Below are positions 26,067 to 34,030 of a stretch of DNA of 64,000 nt, in pieces. The translations under genes and the position numbers were made by a program. Position 1 is the stretch's first letter; every line of letters starts with the position of its first letter. The notes beneath the pieces were generated by a model. That model was not told the origin of the DNA. It made no database searches and worked only from the letters and a program-made list of their open reading frames with translations. This DNA comes from Candidatus Nomurabacteria bacterium (GTDB taxonomy: Bacteria > Patescibacteriota > Minisyncoccia > Phycocordibacterales > UBA9973), in the NCBI GenBank assembly GCA_023898605.1, contig CP060230.1:67944-131943 (forward strand), read 5' to 3'.

Positions 26067-26475
26067 GCTCAAATAAAATTACTACAGTACAAATTGTATC
26101 AATAAAAAATAAAATATGCTCTACTTCACCCCGCCTATTTCAGGCGGGGCAAGCTGAGCTAATCGCTCGCTCAAATAAAATTACTACAGTACAAATTGTA
26201 TCAATAAAAAATAAAATATGCTCTACTTCACCCCGCCTATTTCAGGCGGGGCAAGCTGAGCTAATCGCTCGCTCAAATAAAATTACTACAGTACAAATTG
26301 TATCAATAAAAAATAAAATATGCTCTACTTCACCCCGCCTATTTCAGGCGGGGCAAGCTGAGCTAATCGCTCGCTCAAATAAAATTACTACAGTACAAAT
26401 TGTATCAATAAAAAATAAAATATGCTCTACTTCACCCCGCCTATTTCAGGCGGGGCAAGCTGAGCTAATCGCCCT
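26052..26475. repeat. Four tandem 102-bp repeats plus a partial unit; each unit fuses a tRNA-Val 5' fragment to the GIY-YIG 3'-end hairpin
   Basis: Units start at 26052, 26154, 26256 and 26358 and are near identical. On the minus strand each reads GAGCGATTAGCTCAG, then CTTGCCCCGCCTGAAATAGGCGGGGTGAAGTAGAGC, then about 55 nt of AT-rich sequence. The distal partial unit ends GGGCGATTAGCTCAG, which is the 5' strand of the split tRNA. Confidence 0.85.
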
Positions 26476-26574
26476 AGTGGGTTATAGAATATAACAATTG
26501 AGATCAAAAGTCGAATGGTTGCCTTGCCTTGGTTTGTGTTATAGTATCATCCTAAATAAATTTAAGTTTTTTAT

Positions 26575-27243
26575 ATGAGAAGAAGAGATATCAAAGCACC
26601 CGAAGGAAACAGAGTCCTTGTTTTTGCTTCTGGCTCCAAGGATGGAGGCGGTAGTGGTTTCGAGGCTATGGTTACTAGTCCCTACGGACTCAATGTTGTT
26701 GCCGTGGTTTCAAATCATGAAAACGGTGGAGTGAGACAAAGAGCTGATAGGTTGGGAGTACCTTTTATTTTTTTCGACGGACCTTTTACAGAAGAAGGTT
26801 ACAATTCGATTTTAGAAAAAGTTGGAGAAGTTGATCTCATCTTTTTGTCTGGTTGGCTCAAGCTTGCAAAAGGTCTTGATCCGACAAAGACTCTGAACAT
26901 ACACCCTGGTCCACTTCCTCGTTTTGGAGGAAGGGGAATGTATGGGCACCATGTTCACGAGGCTGTGATGGAGGCATACAGGAAGTTCGAGATTGCAACT
27001 TCCGAAGTCAACATTCACTTTGTTACCGACGAGTATGATCGAGGTCCGGTTGTATTCAAAAAGCAGGTATCTATCTATCCGTTTTATACGGTTGATATGC
27101 TTGCAACTGAGGTCAACAAGGTGGAACATCAATTCCAGTCAGAAGTTGCGGCAGCATTTCTGATGGGAAAGATCAGCTGGAGTGGAAAAATGGAGGACTC
27201 TCCAACAACATTTCCAAATTATCTAGGAGTCGCCCCTATGTAG
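26575..27243 (+). CDS. Formyltransferase, PurN-like (GAR transformylase family)
   Basis: Sequence LNIHPGPLPRFGG...HEA...NIHFVTDEYDRGPVV matches PurN NIHPSLLP...SVHFVTDELDGGPV. Confidence 0.6.
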   Translation: MRRRDIKAPEGNRVLVFASGSKDGGGSGFEAMVTSPYGLNVVAVVSNHENGGVRQRADRLGVPFIFFDGPFTEEGYNSILEKVGEVDLIFLSGWLKLAKGLDPTKTLNIHPGPLPRFGGRGMYGHHVHEAVMEAYRKFEIATSEVNIHFVTDEYDRGPVVFKKQVSIYPFYTVDMLATEVNKVEHQFQSEVAAAFLMGKISWSGKMEDSPTTFPNYLGVAPM

Positions 27244-27257
27244 GGCGACTTTTTTAT
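27229..27257 (+). terminator. Rho-independent terminator
   Basis: AGTCGCCC-CTATGTA-GGGCGACT followed by TTTTTT. Confidence 0.65.
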
Positions 27258-27314
27258 TTTTGACAAAAAAGGCAATATGGGTGTATATTCAGAAATGAAT
27301 CAAACCCTCGCACC

Positions 27315-27857
27315 ATGCAAAACCCAAACTTGATTATTCGGTACATTTTTCCATTGATTAATTCAAATGGAATTGACTCTAGTATTGGATTTTTGACCGA
27401 CACAGAGATACAGGGTTGTAATATACACTTTGTATCCAATTTCTTCTGGAATGAATTTTATCCCACTAAGTATAGTGGAATGGAGATTCTAGAAGAGTGC
27501 ATCAATCAGTCACTCATGGAAAATCCACGAGAAATTTTTTTGTTTCTTGTTCAGATGAAGCAGGCAGACAAACTGATTTCGCGTGAGAAAATACCCATGC
27601 CATGCATTCACCCCAAAGACATGATTCTCGGAAACACTGTTCTGGAAATTCAAAACATTTCAGAACTAAAAAAGATGAGAGGTGGAGTACCTGCTTCGAT
27701 TTCGGATATACCTTATATCGAGGTTGGCTCAAAGAGGAGAGATCATGTCATCTATCCGTTTACCTTTGAGTTCGACATTGATCCAAAAGAAGTCGGAAGG
27801 CCATTTTTTGGAATCGACAGCGTCGAATTTCCAAACCACAAAAAACAGATATCTTAA
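27315..27857 (+). CDS. Hypothetical protein, paralog A of tandem pair
   Basis: Shares blocks FFWNEFYPTKYSGMEILE and IPMPCIHP with the next gene. Unknown family. Confidence 0.5.
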   Translation: MQNPNLIIRYIFPLINSNGIDSSIGFLTDTEIQGCNIHFVSNFFWNEFYPTKYSGMEILEECINQSLMENPREIFLFLVQMKQADKLISREKIPMPCIHPKDMILGNTVLEIQNISELKKMRGGVPASISDIPYIEVGSKRRDHVIYPFTFEFDIDPKEVGRPFFGIDSVEFPNHKKQIS

Positions 27858-27865
27858 ATCACAAG

Positions 27866-27892
27866 CACCCCACGTCGGGGTGCTTTTCTTTG
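27866..27892 (+). terminator. Terminator GCACCCC-ACGTC-GGGGTGC + TTTTC (copy 1)
   Basis: Near-identical copy at 28510-28538. Confidence 0.65.
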
Positions 27893-27943
27893 ACAAGAAA
27901 TATTATATGGGTGTATATTCAGAAATGAATAAAACCCTCAGTT

Positions 27944-28504
27944 ATGAAAGAAACATATCTCATTTTGAGACAACTGTACTTTACCAGTATAGGAGAACCT
28001 TATATCTTCGTAAGCGAAGATGAACTTTTCCACGGAAGGAATTTTAACACCAGGGTTGAAGAAATTTATATTGTTTCTGAATACTTTTGGAAACAAAACC
28101 CTCATAAGTACTTTGGAATGGAAAAATTAGAATCTTTAATTTCTGAACGCGTTGAAGATCATAGGTCTGCACGTATTATTTTTTTCTTTATGGAGAAAAA
28201 TTATCTTGATAAAATTATCAAGAGATCTTGTATTCCTATGCCAATGATTCCTCCCGGGTGTATTGCCTACGGTATTGATATTCGCCCCATGCTTTTTTAT
28301 TCTATAGAAATCGATAAAAATCTTCGCATCGGACATATCGGAGACAAAGAAGCACCCATTGTGTGGACAGATGAGGAAAAACCAAGACCTTTGGTTGGAT
28401 CAGTATTTTTCAATTATGATTCCATGTTAAAATATCCGGACGGCATAATACCTTTGTATATAGCTGGTCCAGGCTTCAATGACGCTCGCTTTAAGGTTAT
28501 CTGA
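27944..28504 (+). CDS. Hypothetical protein, paralog B of tandem pair
   Basis: Motifs YFWKQNPHKYFGMEKLE and IPMPMIPP align with paralog A. Preceded by the same promoter-like sequence (TTGACA..ATATGGGTGTATATTCAGAAATGAAT.AAACCCTC). Confidence 0.5.
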   Translation: MKETYLILRQLYFTSIGEPYIFVSEDELFHGRNFNTRVEEIYIVSEYFWKQNPHKYFGMEKLESLISERVEDHRSARIIFFFMEKNYLDKIIKRSCIPMPMIPPGCIAYGIDIRPMLFYSIEIDKNLRIGHIGDKEAPIVWTDEEKPRPLVGSVFFNYDSMLKYPDGIIPLYIAGPGFNDARFKVI

Positions 28505-28509
28505 AATAG

Positions 28510-28538
28510 TGCACCCCGCGTCGGGGTGCTTTTCTTTT
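28510..28538 (+). terminator. Terminator GCACCCC-GCGTC-GGGGTGC + TTTTC (copy 2)
   Basis: Duplicate of the terminator at 27866. Confidence 0.65.
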
Positions 28539-28574
28539 GACAAAATCTGATTTTTGATGTAATTTAACAAAAAA

Positions 28575-29135
28575 TTGAAAACTATGGTTAAGAAATATTT
28601 ATTTCCCAGGAACAGACTCGTTTTGACATTCAGGGGTTTAAGATTCACAATTGCTTTTGGATACGACAAAAACTGTTTTGGAGGGAAGAATAATATATTT
28701 TTTTCTTCTCTACTTTATTCTCAGGTCTATTTCTTTTTGGAGGTCCCCAATGACCTGGGCGGTATCGAAGCTTTTCATAGAATCCAGCCATCTTCTGGTA
28801 AAAAAGTGTATGCCGAAGGTGCTGGGGGACCGTTTTTCTACCCAAGTGAATTTTTTGATTTCATGGTTTCGGATATTTCTGAAGCAATTATGAATAATAA
28901 ATCACAGCAAGCAGAAGAATGGAAAAGGTTTATGAATAGCATCGTCGTTATAACCGTTGGTCCCCAGAAAAATATCGTGGGTTTCTGGTTCGAGGATGAT
29001 GTGATTCATGAGATTGGTGGAGCAGTTCTCACCAAAAGGTTCGAAGATCTCCAGCACGTGTTTGAATCTTTTCCAAGACGTATGGTTTTGGCTGCTGTAA
29101 AAAAAAGGGCGGGAAACAACAAAGGAAAAAGATAA
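28575..29135 (+). CDS. Hypothetical protein
   Basis: 186 aa with no recognisable domain. Has its own promoter-like TTGACA-N17-TAATTT. Confidence 0.4.
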   Translation: MKTMVKKYLFPRNRLVLTFRGLRFTIAFGYDKNCFGGKNNIFFSSLLYSQVYFFLEVPNDLGGIEAFHRIQPSSGKKVYAEGAGGPFFYPSEFFDFMVSDISEAIMNNKSQQAEEWKRFMNSIVVITVGPQKNIVGFWFEDDVIHEIGGAVLTKRFEDLQHVFESFPRRMVLAAVKKRAGNNKGKR

Positions 29136-29142
29136 CTCAAAA

Positions 29143-29164
29143 AGCGCCACTTGGCGCTTTTTAT
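29143..29164 (+). terminator. Rho-independent terminator
   Basis: AGCGCCA-CT-TGGCGCT followed by TTTTT. Confidence 0.65.
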
Positions 29165-29184
29165 TTTTGTGAAGTTTTGCCACC

Positions 29185-29287
29185 CTCCCGTTCGTGTGTG
29201 CGTAAAACCCCGCTCGTAAGGACGAGAGGGGGAGGTGCGAGCGGGGCTCCCTAAAAACAAAACCACTCATATTATAAGTGGTTTTGG
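29185..29287 (+). ncRNA. Candidate small structured RNA: GC-rich pseudoknot-capable element followed by a hairpin terminator
   Basis: CCCTCCC (29194-29200) pairs with GGGGGAGG (29236-29243). It interleaves with CCCCGCTCG (29216-29224) pairing with CGAGCGGGG (29246-29254). CCCCGCTCG can alternatively pair with the nearby CGAGAGGGG. The terminator hairpin AAACCACT..AGTGGTTTT follows. Confidence 0.3.
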
Positions 29288-29568
29288 AGCAAGGTATACT
29301 CATCTGTCGCTATCTAAGTTACCAGTTCTTATACAACTGCTCATCAAGCTCTAAAGATATTGATAACTATTGCTCAGTCTGACCTTTATTTTCCGCGTCG
29401 TTGGCGCAAAGCACTTGCGGCAACAGATTTTTCTTTTTTTCGAGGGAGGTCCTTTCTCAAAAGTTTTGATGCAAGTTTGCCAACTTTTTTACTAGTTTTT
29501 GCCATAAAATTATATAAATTAATTATTAATATCGACCAATATAGAAATATGTGGAAAACTGTACATTG

Positions 29569-29595
29569 AAAACTTTCTATATATTTTCTATAATA
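29569..29595 (+). promoter_or_regulatory. Promoter TTGAAA-N17-TATAAT overlapping direct repeats GAAAACT x2; ATG 6 nt after the -10, so the mRNA looks leaderless
   Basis: GGAAAACTGTACATTGAAAACTTTCTATATATTTTCTATAAT lies upstream of the LexA-MTase ATG at 29602. Confidence 0.4.
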
Positions 29596-29601
29596 TCATA
29601 C

Positions 29602-31050
29602 ATGATTACAAAAAAGCAAAAAAATGTGCTGGATTTTATAAAAAATTTTCAGCAAAAAAATGCTATATCCCCATCATTAGAAGAAATTAAGAAAAAATTT
29701 GGTTTAGCTTCCGTTTCTACAGCTTCTTATTATGTTGAAAAACTAGAAAGCAAAGGATATTTAAAAAAAGACGACAAACAACACAGAGGAATATCGGTTT
29801 TTGAAAACGAAAGCATGGTAAAAATACCTTTACTTGGCGTAATTGCTGCTGGAGAACCAATACAATCCATAGAAAACCGTGAAGAGATTGCACTTCCAAA
29901 GAGTAGGATAGGCAACAACAATAATGTTTTTGCATTGAGGGTCTCAGGAGACAGTATGATCGACGAAAATATACAAGACGGTGATGTGGTTGTTGTAAGA
30001 GAAACTAAAAACCCCACAAACGGTGATAAGGTTGTCGCATTAATAGATCGAGAGAATGTTACTTTAAAAACTTTTTATAAGGAAAAAAAACAAATTTTAC
30101 TTAAACCAGCAAATAAAAAATATGACTCGATTGTCATAGATAAAAATAGAGAATTTGAAATTCAAGGAGTGATGATTGATATTGTAAAACAATCATTTAA
30201 CAATCCTGTAGATATTATATTTCCAGAAAAGGCGCAGAAACGAAAAACGACTATTCCTCTAAATAAAGTAGTGTGTGGAGATTGTGTTGATGTGATGAAA
30301 AATATACCAGACAACTCCGTTGACATGGTCGTTACTTCTCCACCTTATGATGATGTAAGAAACTATAATGGTTTTAGTTTTAACCTACACGACACAGGTA
30401 AAGAAATCTTTAGAATTTTAAAAGACGGTGGTGTTGTAGCTATGGTTATCCAAGATCAAACAAAAAATTTTGGTAAAAGTTTAACATCTTTTAGAACTAT
30501 CGTTGATTGGGTGGATAATATAGGTTTTAAATTATTTGAAACAGTAATTTATAGAAAACATGGTACCGAGGGGGCATGGTGGAAATATCGTTTTAGGGTA
30601 GATCATGAATATATGCCAATTTTTATTAAAGGAGAAAGACCCAGCTATTTTAATAAAGAAAATCTTAAGATACCCTCAAAGCATGGTGGAAAAGTAATGA
30701 CTGGTAGTGGAAATAGAAAGACTGATGGAACAACAACAAAAACAGTTACAAGACCTATAAATTTAAATAAATGCCGTGGAACTATTTGGGATTATTTGAA
30801 TGCAGGTGATAAGAATCCATTAAAAAGAAAACATCCAGCTGTATTCCCAGATCAAATTCCTGTGGATTTTATAGATTGTTTTTGTCCGCCTAAAGGCATA
30901 GTCCTTGATCCGTTTGTAGGTTCAGGATCAACACTAGTTGCCGCTAAAAAGCTCGGGAGAAATTATATTGGGATTGATATCTCACAAGAGTATTGTGATC
31001 TAACAGAGGAAAGATTAAAAAAGGATATACCAAACACCTTATTTAAATAG
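29602..31050 (+). CDS. Fusion protein: full-length LexA-like repressor (HTH + S24 peptidase) fused in frame to a beta-class N4/N6 DNA methyltransferase
   Basis: Residues 1-205 align along their length with LexA. Matching blocks are MITKKQKNVLDFI, IPLLGVIAAGEPI (Ala-Gly cleavage site), LRVSGDSMIDENIQDGDVVVV (Ser) and VTLKTFYK..LLKPAN (Lys). The remainder has PDNSVDMVVTSPPYDD (motif IV, SPPY) followed by DPFVGSGSTLVAAKKLGRNYIGIDI (motif I). The ATG at 29602 was chosen; the track's GTG at 29551 is less likely. Confidence 0.8.
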   Translation: MITKKQKNVLDFIKNFQQKNAISPSLEEIKKKFGLASVSTASYYVEKLESKGYLKKDDKQHRGISVFENESMVKIPLLGVIAAGEPIQSIENREEIALPKSRIGNNNNVFALRVSGDSMIDENIQDGDVVVVRETKNPTNGDKVVALIDRENVTLKTFYKEKKQILLKPANKKYDSIVIDKNREFEIQGVMIDIVKQSFNNPVDIIFPEKAQKRKTTIPLNKVVCGDCVDVMKNIPDNSVDMVVTSPPYDDVRNYNGFSFNLHDTGKEIFRILKDGGVVAMVIQDQTKNFGKSLTSFRTIVDWVDNIGFKLFETVIYRKHGTEGAWWKYRFRVDHEYMPIFIKGERPSYFNKENLKIPSKHGGKVMTGSGNRKTDGTTTKTVTRPINLNKCRGTIWDYLNAGDKNPLKRKHPAVFPDQIPVDFIDCFCPPKGIVLDPFVGSGSTLVAAKKLGRNYIGIDISQEYCDLTEERLKKDIPNTLFK

Positions 31051-31053
31051 ATT

Positions 31054-32079
31054 TTATTCCATCTTATCAGGAGTTTCTAAGGTGTATTCTATATTTATTC
31101 CACTTGTCATTGCCCAAGATAATGGGTTTTTATCAAAAAACGCCTTGAAATTAACATTTGTTAATGTTTTTCCGTCTTTTTCGAAACTGCTTTTTGTAAA
31201 TTTATACAATTTAAATCCATTCCATCTCCACGAATTTTTCTTGTATTCCCACTTAGTTAAAGAGCCAAGCAATGTTAAGAATTTTTCAATTCTCTCCACT
31301 GCACCTTGATTAATTTTATAGCTAGTTCCATCTTCCTCAGTATTGTAATGTTCGCCATCTTTAGTTGATATTTTTAATCTATCACCCCTTTCGTGAGGAA
31401 TACTTATTTTATCCCTTTCTCTAAAGAAATTATCCATCTCTCTCATCAAGTTTATAATTGTTGTATATTTTTCATTTTCAAAAATTACATTTAAAGGGCT
31501 ATTTTTTTTATCAGCATCAAGATAATTTAACCAATTTAAAACATTCTCCGGATAACTAAATAAAACATTGAAAACACCATCTGTGAAATATAGTGGCGGT
31601 ATAGAATCCTCATCCAAAGCGACACGAGTGTGTTCGTTTACTATTCCCATAAGAATATGAATTGTTGCCAGTGGATATTTAAGACGAAAGTCATGTTTTC
31701 CGTCATACTCTCTTAAATTATTTGGCTGGATACAGTTTTTAAATTTTTCATCCCAATTTGCAGGTTTATTATTTTTATTTAAAAGCAACATATGGTGACC
31801 CAAACTACGAATATCGCCTCTGGAGATTTCCATGTCTAAAAAGATACAATCTTTTGGTTTAATTCCATCCTTTAAAACCATAACCTTCCCATCATAAAAA
31901 CCTTCTATAGTCCAATCAAAATAATGAGACATGAACAGCCCACATAGCAAACCGTCACTATCCGGACTAAGAATTGCTTTATGATTTCTCTCAACGATCC
32001 AAGGATATTTTTTGATTAAATCTTTATAATCAATTTTATCATTGTGTCTATTTTCTAATAATCTCTGTATATTTGACAT
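31054..32079 (-). CDS. Putative Type II restriction endonuclease (by context)
   Basis: 341 aa with no confident catalytic motif by eye. It ends 3 nt from the convergent MTase stop and is directly preceded by a C-protein gene. This is the classic C-R arrangement. Confidence 0.4.
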   Translation of the reverse strand: MSNIQRLLENRHNDKIDYKDLIKKYPWIVERNHKAILSPDSDGLLCGLFMSHYFDWTIEGFYDGKVMVLKDGIKPKDCIFLDMEISRGDIRSLGHHMLLLNKNNKPANWDEKFKNCIQPNNLREYDGKHDFRLKYPLATIHILMGIVNEHTRVALDEDSIPPLYFTDGVFNVLFSYPENVLNWLNYLDADKKNSPLNVIFENEKYTTIINLMREMDNFFRERDKISIPHERGDRLKISTKDGEHYNTEEDGTSYKINQGAVERIEKFLTLLGSLTKWEYKKNSWRWNGFKLYKFTKSSFEKDGKTLTNVNFKAFFDKNPLSWAMTSGINIEYTLETPDKME

Positions 32080-32083
32080 AAAT

Positions 32084-32305
32084 TTATTTAACGAAAAAAT
32101 CTAGCGATTTTTTATAAAGTTTTGCAAACTCTTTGAGTTGCAAAACATCAAAGCGTCTTTGTCCAGATTCTATCTTTGAGACATAAGATTGAGTTCTGCC
32201 AAGTTTTTCAGAGACTCCAATCTGACTTAAACCAGCTTCAAGACGCGCTTTTTTCAAGCGTTCTACTATTTTCTTATGGTCGTCTTGATAAATCGCTCTT
32301 GGCAT
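32084..32305 (-). CDS. Controller (C) protein, XRE-family HTH
   Basis: 73 aa. The HTH is EAGLSQIGVSEKLGRTQSYVSKIESGQ. Positioned immediately upstream of the putative REase, as in PvuII, BamHI and Esp1396I systems. Confidence 0.65.
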   Translation of the reverse strand: MPRAIYQDDHKKIVERLKKARLEAGLSQIGVSEKLGRTQSYVSKIESGQRRFDVLQLKEFAKLYKKSLDFFVK

Positions 32306-32544
32306 ATATCTATATAATAGTATTCCATTGTGTATTATTCCAAATTGCCATATAATTTATATAGACCCGCCCGAAGCCCCATCGCCATACCTTTTCAAAA
32401 AGAATCCCTTCGCGAAAAAGAAAAAGAATGGAGATGCGGAACGGGGCGAGGGCGGAGCGCCGAGGTACAAGGTGCTAGTCGGCATGATTAGTAGTTTTCG
32501 AAAAAAGTTCGCGCATTGGTTATAATTTCATCACAAAGTACACA

Positions 32545-32570
32545 AAAATCCCACGCAGGTGGGATTTTTG
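32545..32570 (+). terminator. Hairpin terminator
   Basis: ATCCCAC-GCAG-GTGGGAT followed by TTTTT. Confidence 0.5.
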
Positions 32571-32707
32571 GTCTTTGTGACCCTAGTCGTGGTGCGACCA
32601 TACGATTCGTTGCTCCCACAATGCTTTTTTGGCTTTTTCTATTATATCAAGTCGACCCTTGTCGAGCGACAAAAAGTGACAAAAGTGACACAGGTTTAAA
32701 TAAAAAG

Positions 32708-32733
32708 GTTACAGCAATCTGTAACCTTTTTGC
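32708..32733. terminator. Bidirectional terminator downstream of aspS
   Basis: GGTTACAG-CAAT-CTGTAACC flanked by A-runs and T-runs. Confidence 0.6.
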
Positions 32734-32737
32734 TACT

Positions 32738-34030
32738 TTATGGATTTAATCGCTTAACATCTCTTGGGAGATAAGTCGCCTCGCGAACATTTGGCAGGTC
32801 GAGGATTTTCATAATGAATCGTCCAGGACCAATACCTGCACCTCCATGTGGAGAGCATCCCCATCGGAAAAAGTTGAGATAATCTTTTAATTCTTCAAGA
32901 GACATACCTTTCTCTTTTGCTTGTTTCTCAAGTATCTCAATGCGGTGCTCACGTTGTGCAAGAGTCGTTACTTCAATACCTTTAAACAAAAGGTCTGCGC
33001 GCTTGCCCCGACCTTCTTCGTTGCGCATATGATAAAAGGCACTTTTTGATACATGGTATTCAGTAATGAAGACGAAGTCGTGATTGTGCTTTTCTCGTAC
33101 GTATTCACTGATAGCGCGCTCTTCTTCTGGAGAGAGATCGTGTTCTTCTCCGCTTGCCACACCACGCTCTGCAAGTATCTTTTTTGCTTCAACCATCGTA
33201 ATCTGCGGAAAAGGCATACTAGGGATTTCTAGTTGGAGCTCTGGAAACTTTTCTTTTAATCGGGTAAATCCAGAAACTATCATATTTTCCTCGGCAACAA
33301 TGATGTCCTGATGAGATTCAATGTAGGCCATTTCAAAATCCCAACCAGTAAATTCTGTAAGGTGTCGGGTTGTAAATGAAAGCTCTGCTCGAAATACAGG
33401 ACCTGTCATAAACACTCTTTCAAAACCACTTGCAATAGCCATTTGTTTATAGAACTGTGGTGACTGTGCAAGATATGCCTTGCGGTCAAAGTAGTTAACT
33501 TCAAAGACTTCAGCACCAGTTTCGCTTGGCGTTGACATGAATGAGGGTGTATAGATTTGAATAAAATTATTTTTATCCCAGTAGTCACGGAAGCCTTTTT
33601 CAAGTTCCGTCCATACCTTGAAAATCTTTAGATGATCTGGTTTACGAAGATCAATCCAGCGATAGTCGAAACGTATAGGTGCTTCAGTTTCTTCTCCACC
33701 CTTCTTTTCAATAATTGGTATCGGTAGCTGTGCATCGGCAGCTGAAAGTACTTCGATTGAAGTAGCTTCTATTTCATAACCACAAGGTGCCTGAGCTGCC
33801 TCTTTCACAAGGCCTACAACTTTAACCACTGATTCTGTAGTAAGTTCCTTGGCAATTTGAAAAGCCTCGGCCTGTTCAATGGTAACGACTGTTTGCAAGA
33901 TACCAGTTACATCCCGAACAATAAGGAATGCGATTTTACTTTGCGCACGTATAGTATGAGCAAAGCCTACGACAGTAGTCTCTTTCCCTGAATACTCAGG
34001 AATGTCTTTAATATAGGTTCTTATAATCAT
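32738..34030 (-). CDS. aspS: Aspartyl-tRNA synthetase, archaeal/eukaryal type (class IIb, 430 aa)
   Basis: Motif 2 is FRAELSFTTRHLTEF. The C-terminus PHGGAGIGPGRFIMKILDLPNVREATYLPRDVKRLNP resembles archaeal AspRS ...PRDRKRLTP. AsnRS is not fully excluded. Confidence 0.75.
   Translation of the reverse strand: MIIRTYIKDIPEYSGKETTVVGFAHTIRAQSKIAFLIVRDVTGILQTVVTIEQAEAFQIAKELTTESVVKVVGLVKEAAQAPCGYEIEATSIEVLSAADAQLPIPIIEKKGGEETEAPIRFDYRWIDLRKPDHLKIFKVWTELEKGFRDYWDKNNFIQIYTPSFMSTPSETGAEVFEVNYFDRKAYLAQSPQFYKQMAIASGFERVFMTGPVFRAELSFTTRHLTEFTGWDFEMAYIESHQDIIVAEENMIVSGFTRLKEKFPELQLEIPSMPFPQITMVEAKKILAERGVASGEEHDLSPEEERAISEYVREKHNHDFVFITEYHVSKSAFYHMRNEEGRGKRADLLFKGIEVTTLAQREHRIEILEKQAKEKGMSLEELKDYLNFFRWGCSPHGGAGIGPGRFIMKILDLPNVREATYLPRDVKRLNP

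Noticed and set aside
26052-26475. 102-bp tandem repeats considered as a possible CRISPR array
   Set aside because: Units are identical throughout, with no variable spacers. The 102-bp period is too long. Each unit is recognisably a tRNA-Val 5' fragment fused to a gene 3' end. No cas genes are present.
29551-29601. GTG start at 29551 for the LexA-MTase ORF
   Set aside because: The extension adds a hydrophobic 17-aa tail before a perfect LexA N-terminus (MITKKQKNVLDFI). It would also start upstream of the -10 box.
32328-32749. Two small plus-strand ORFs (32328-32525, 32516-32749) in the GC-rich island
   Set aside because: They cross hairpin terminators and have no start context. More likely non-coding.
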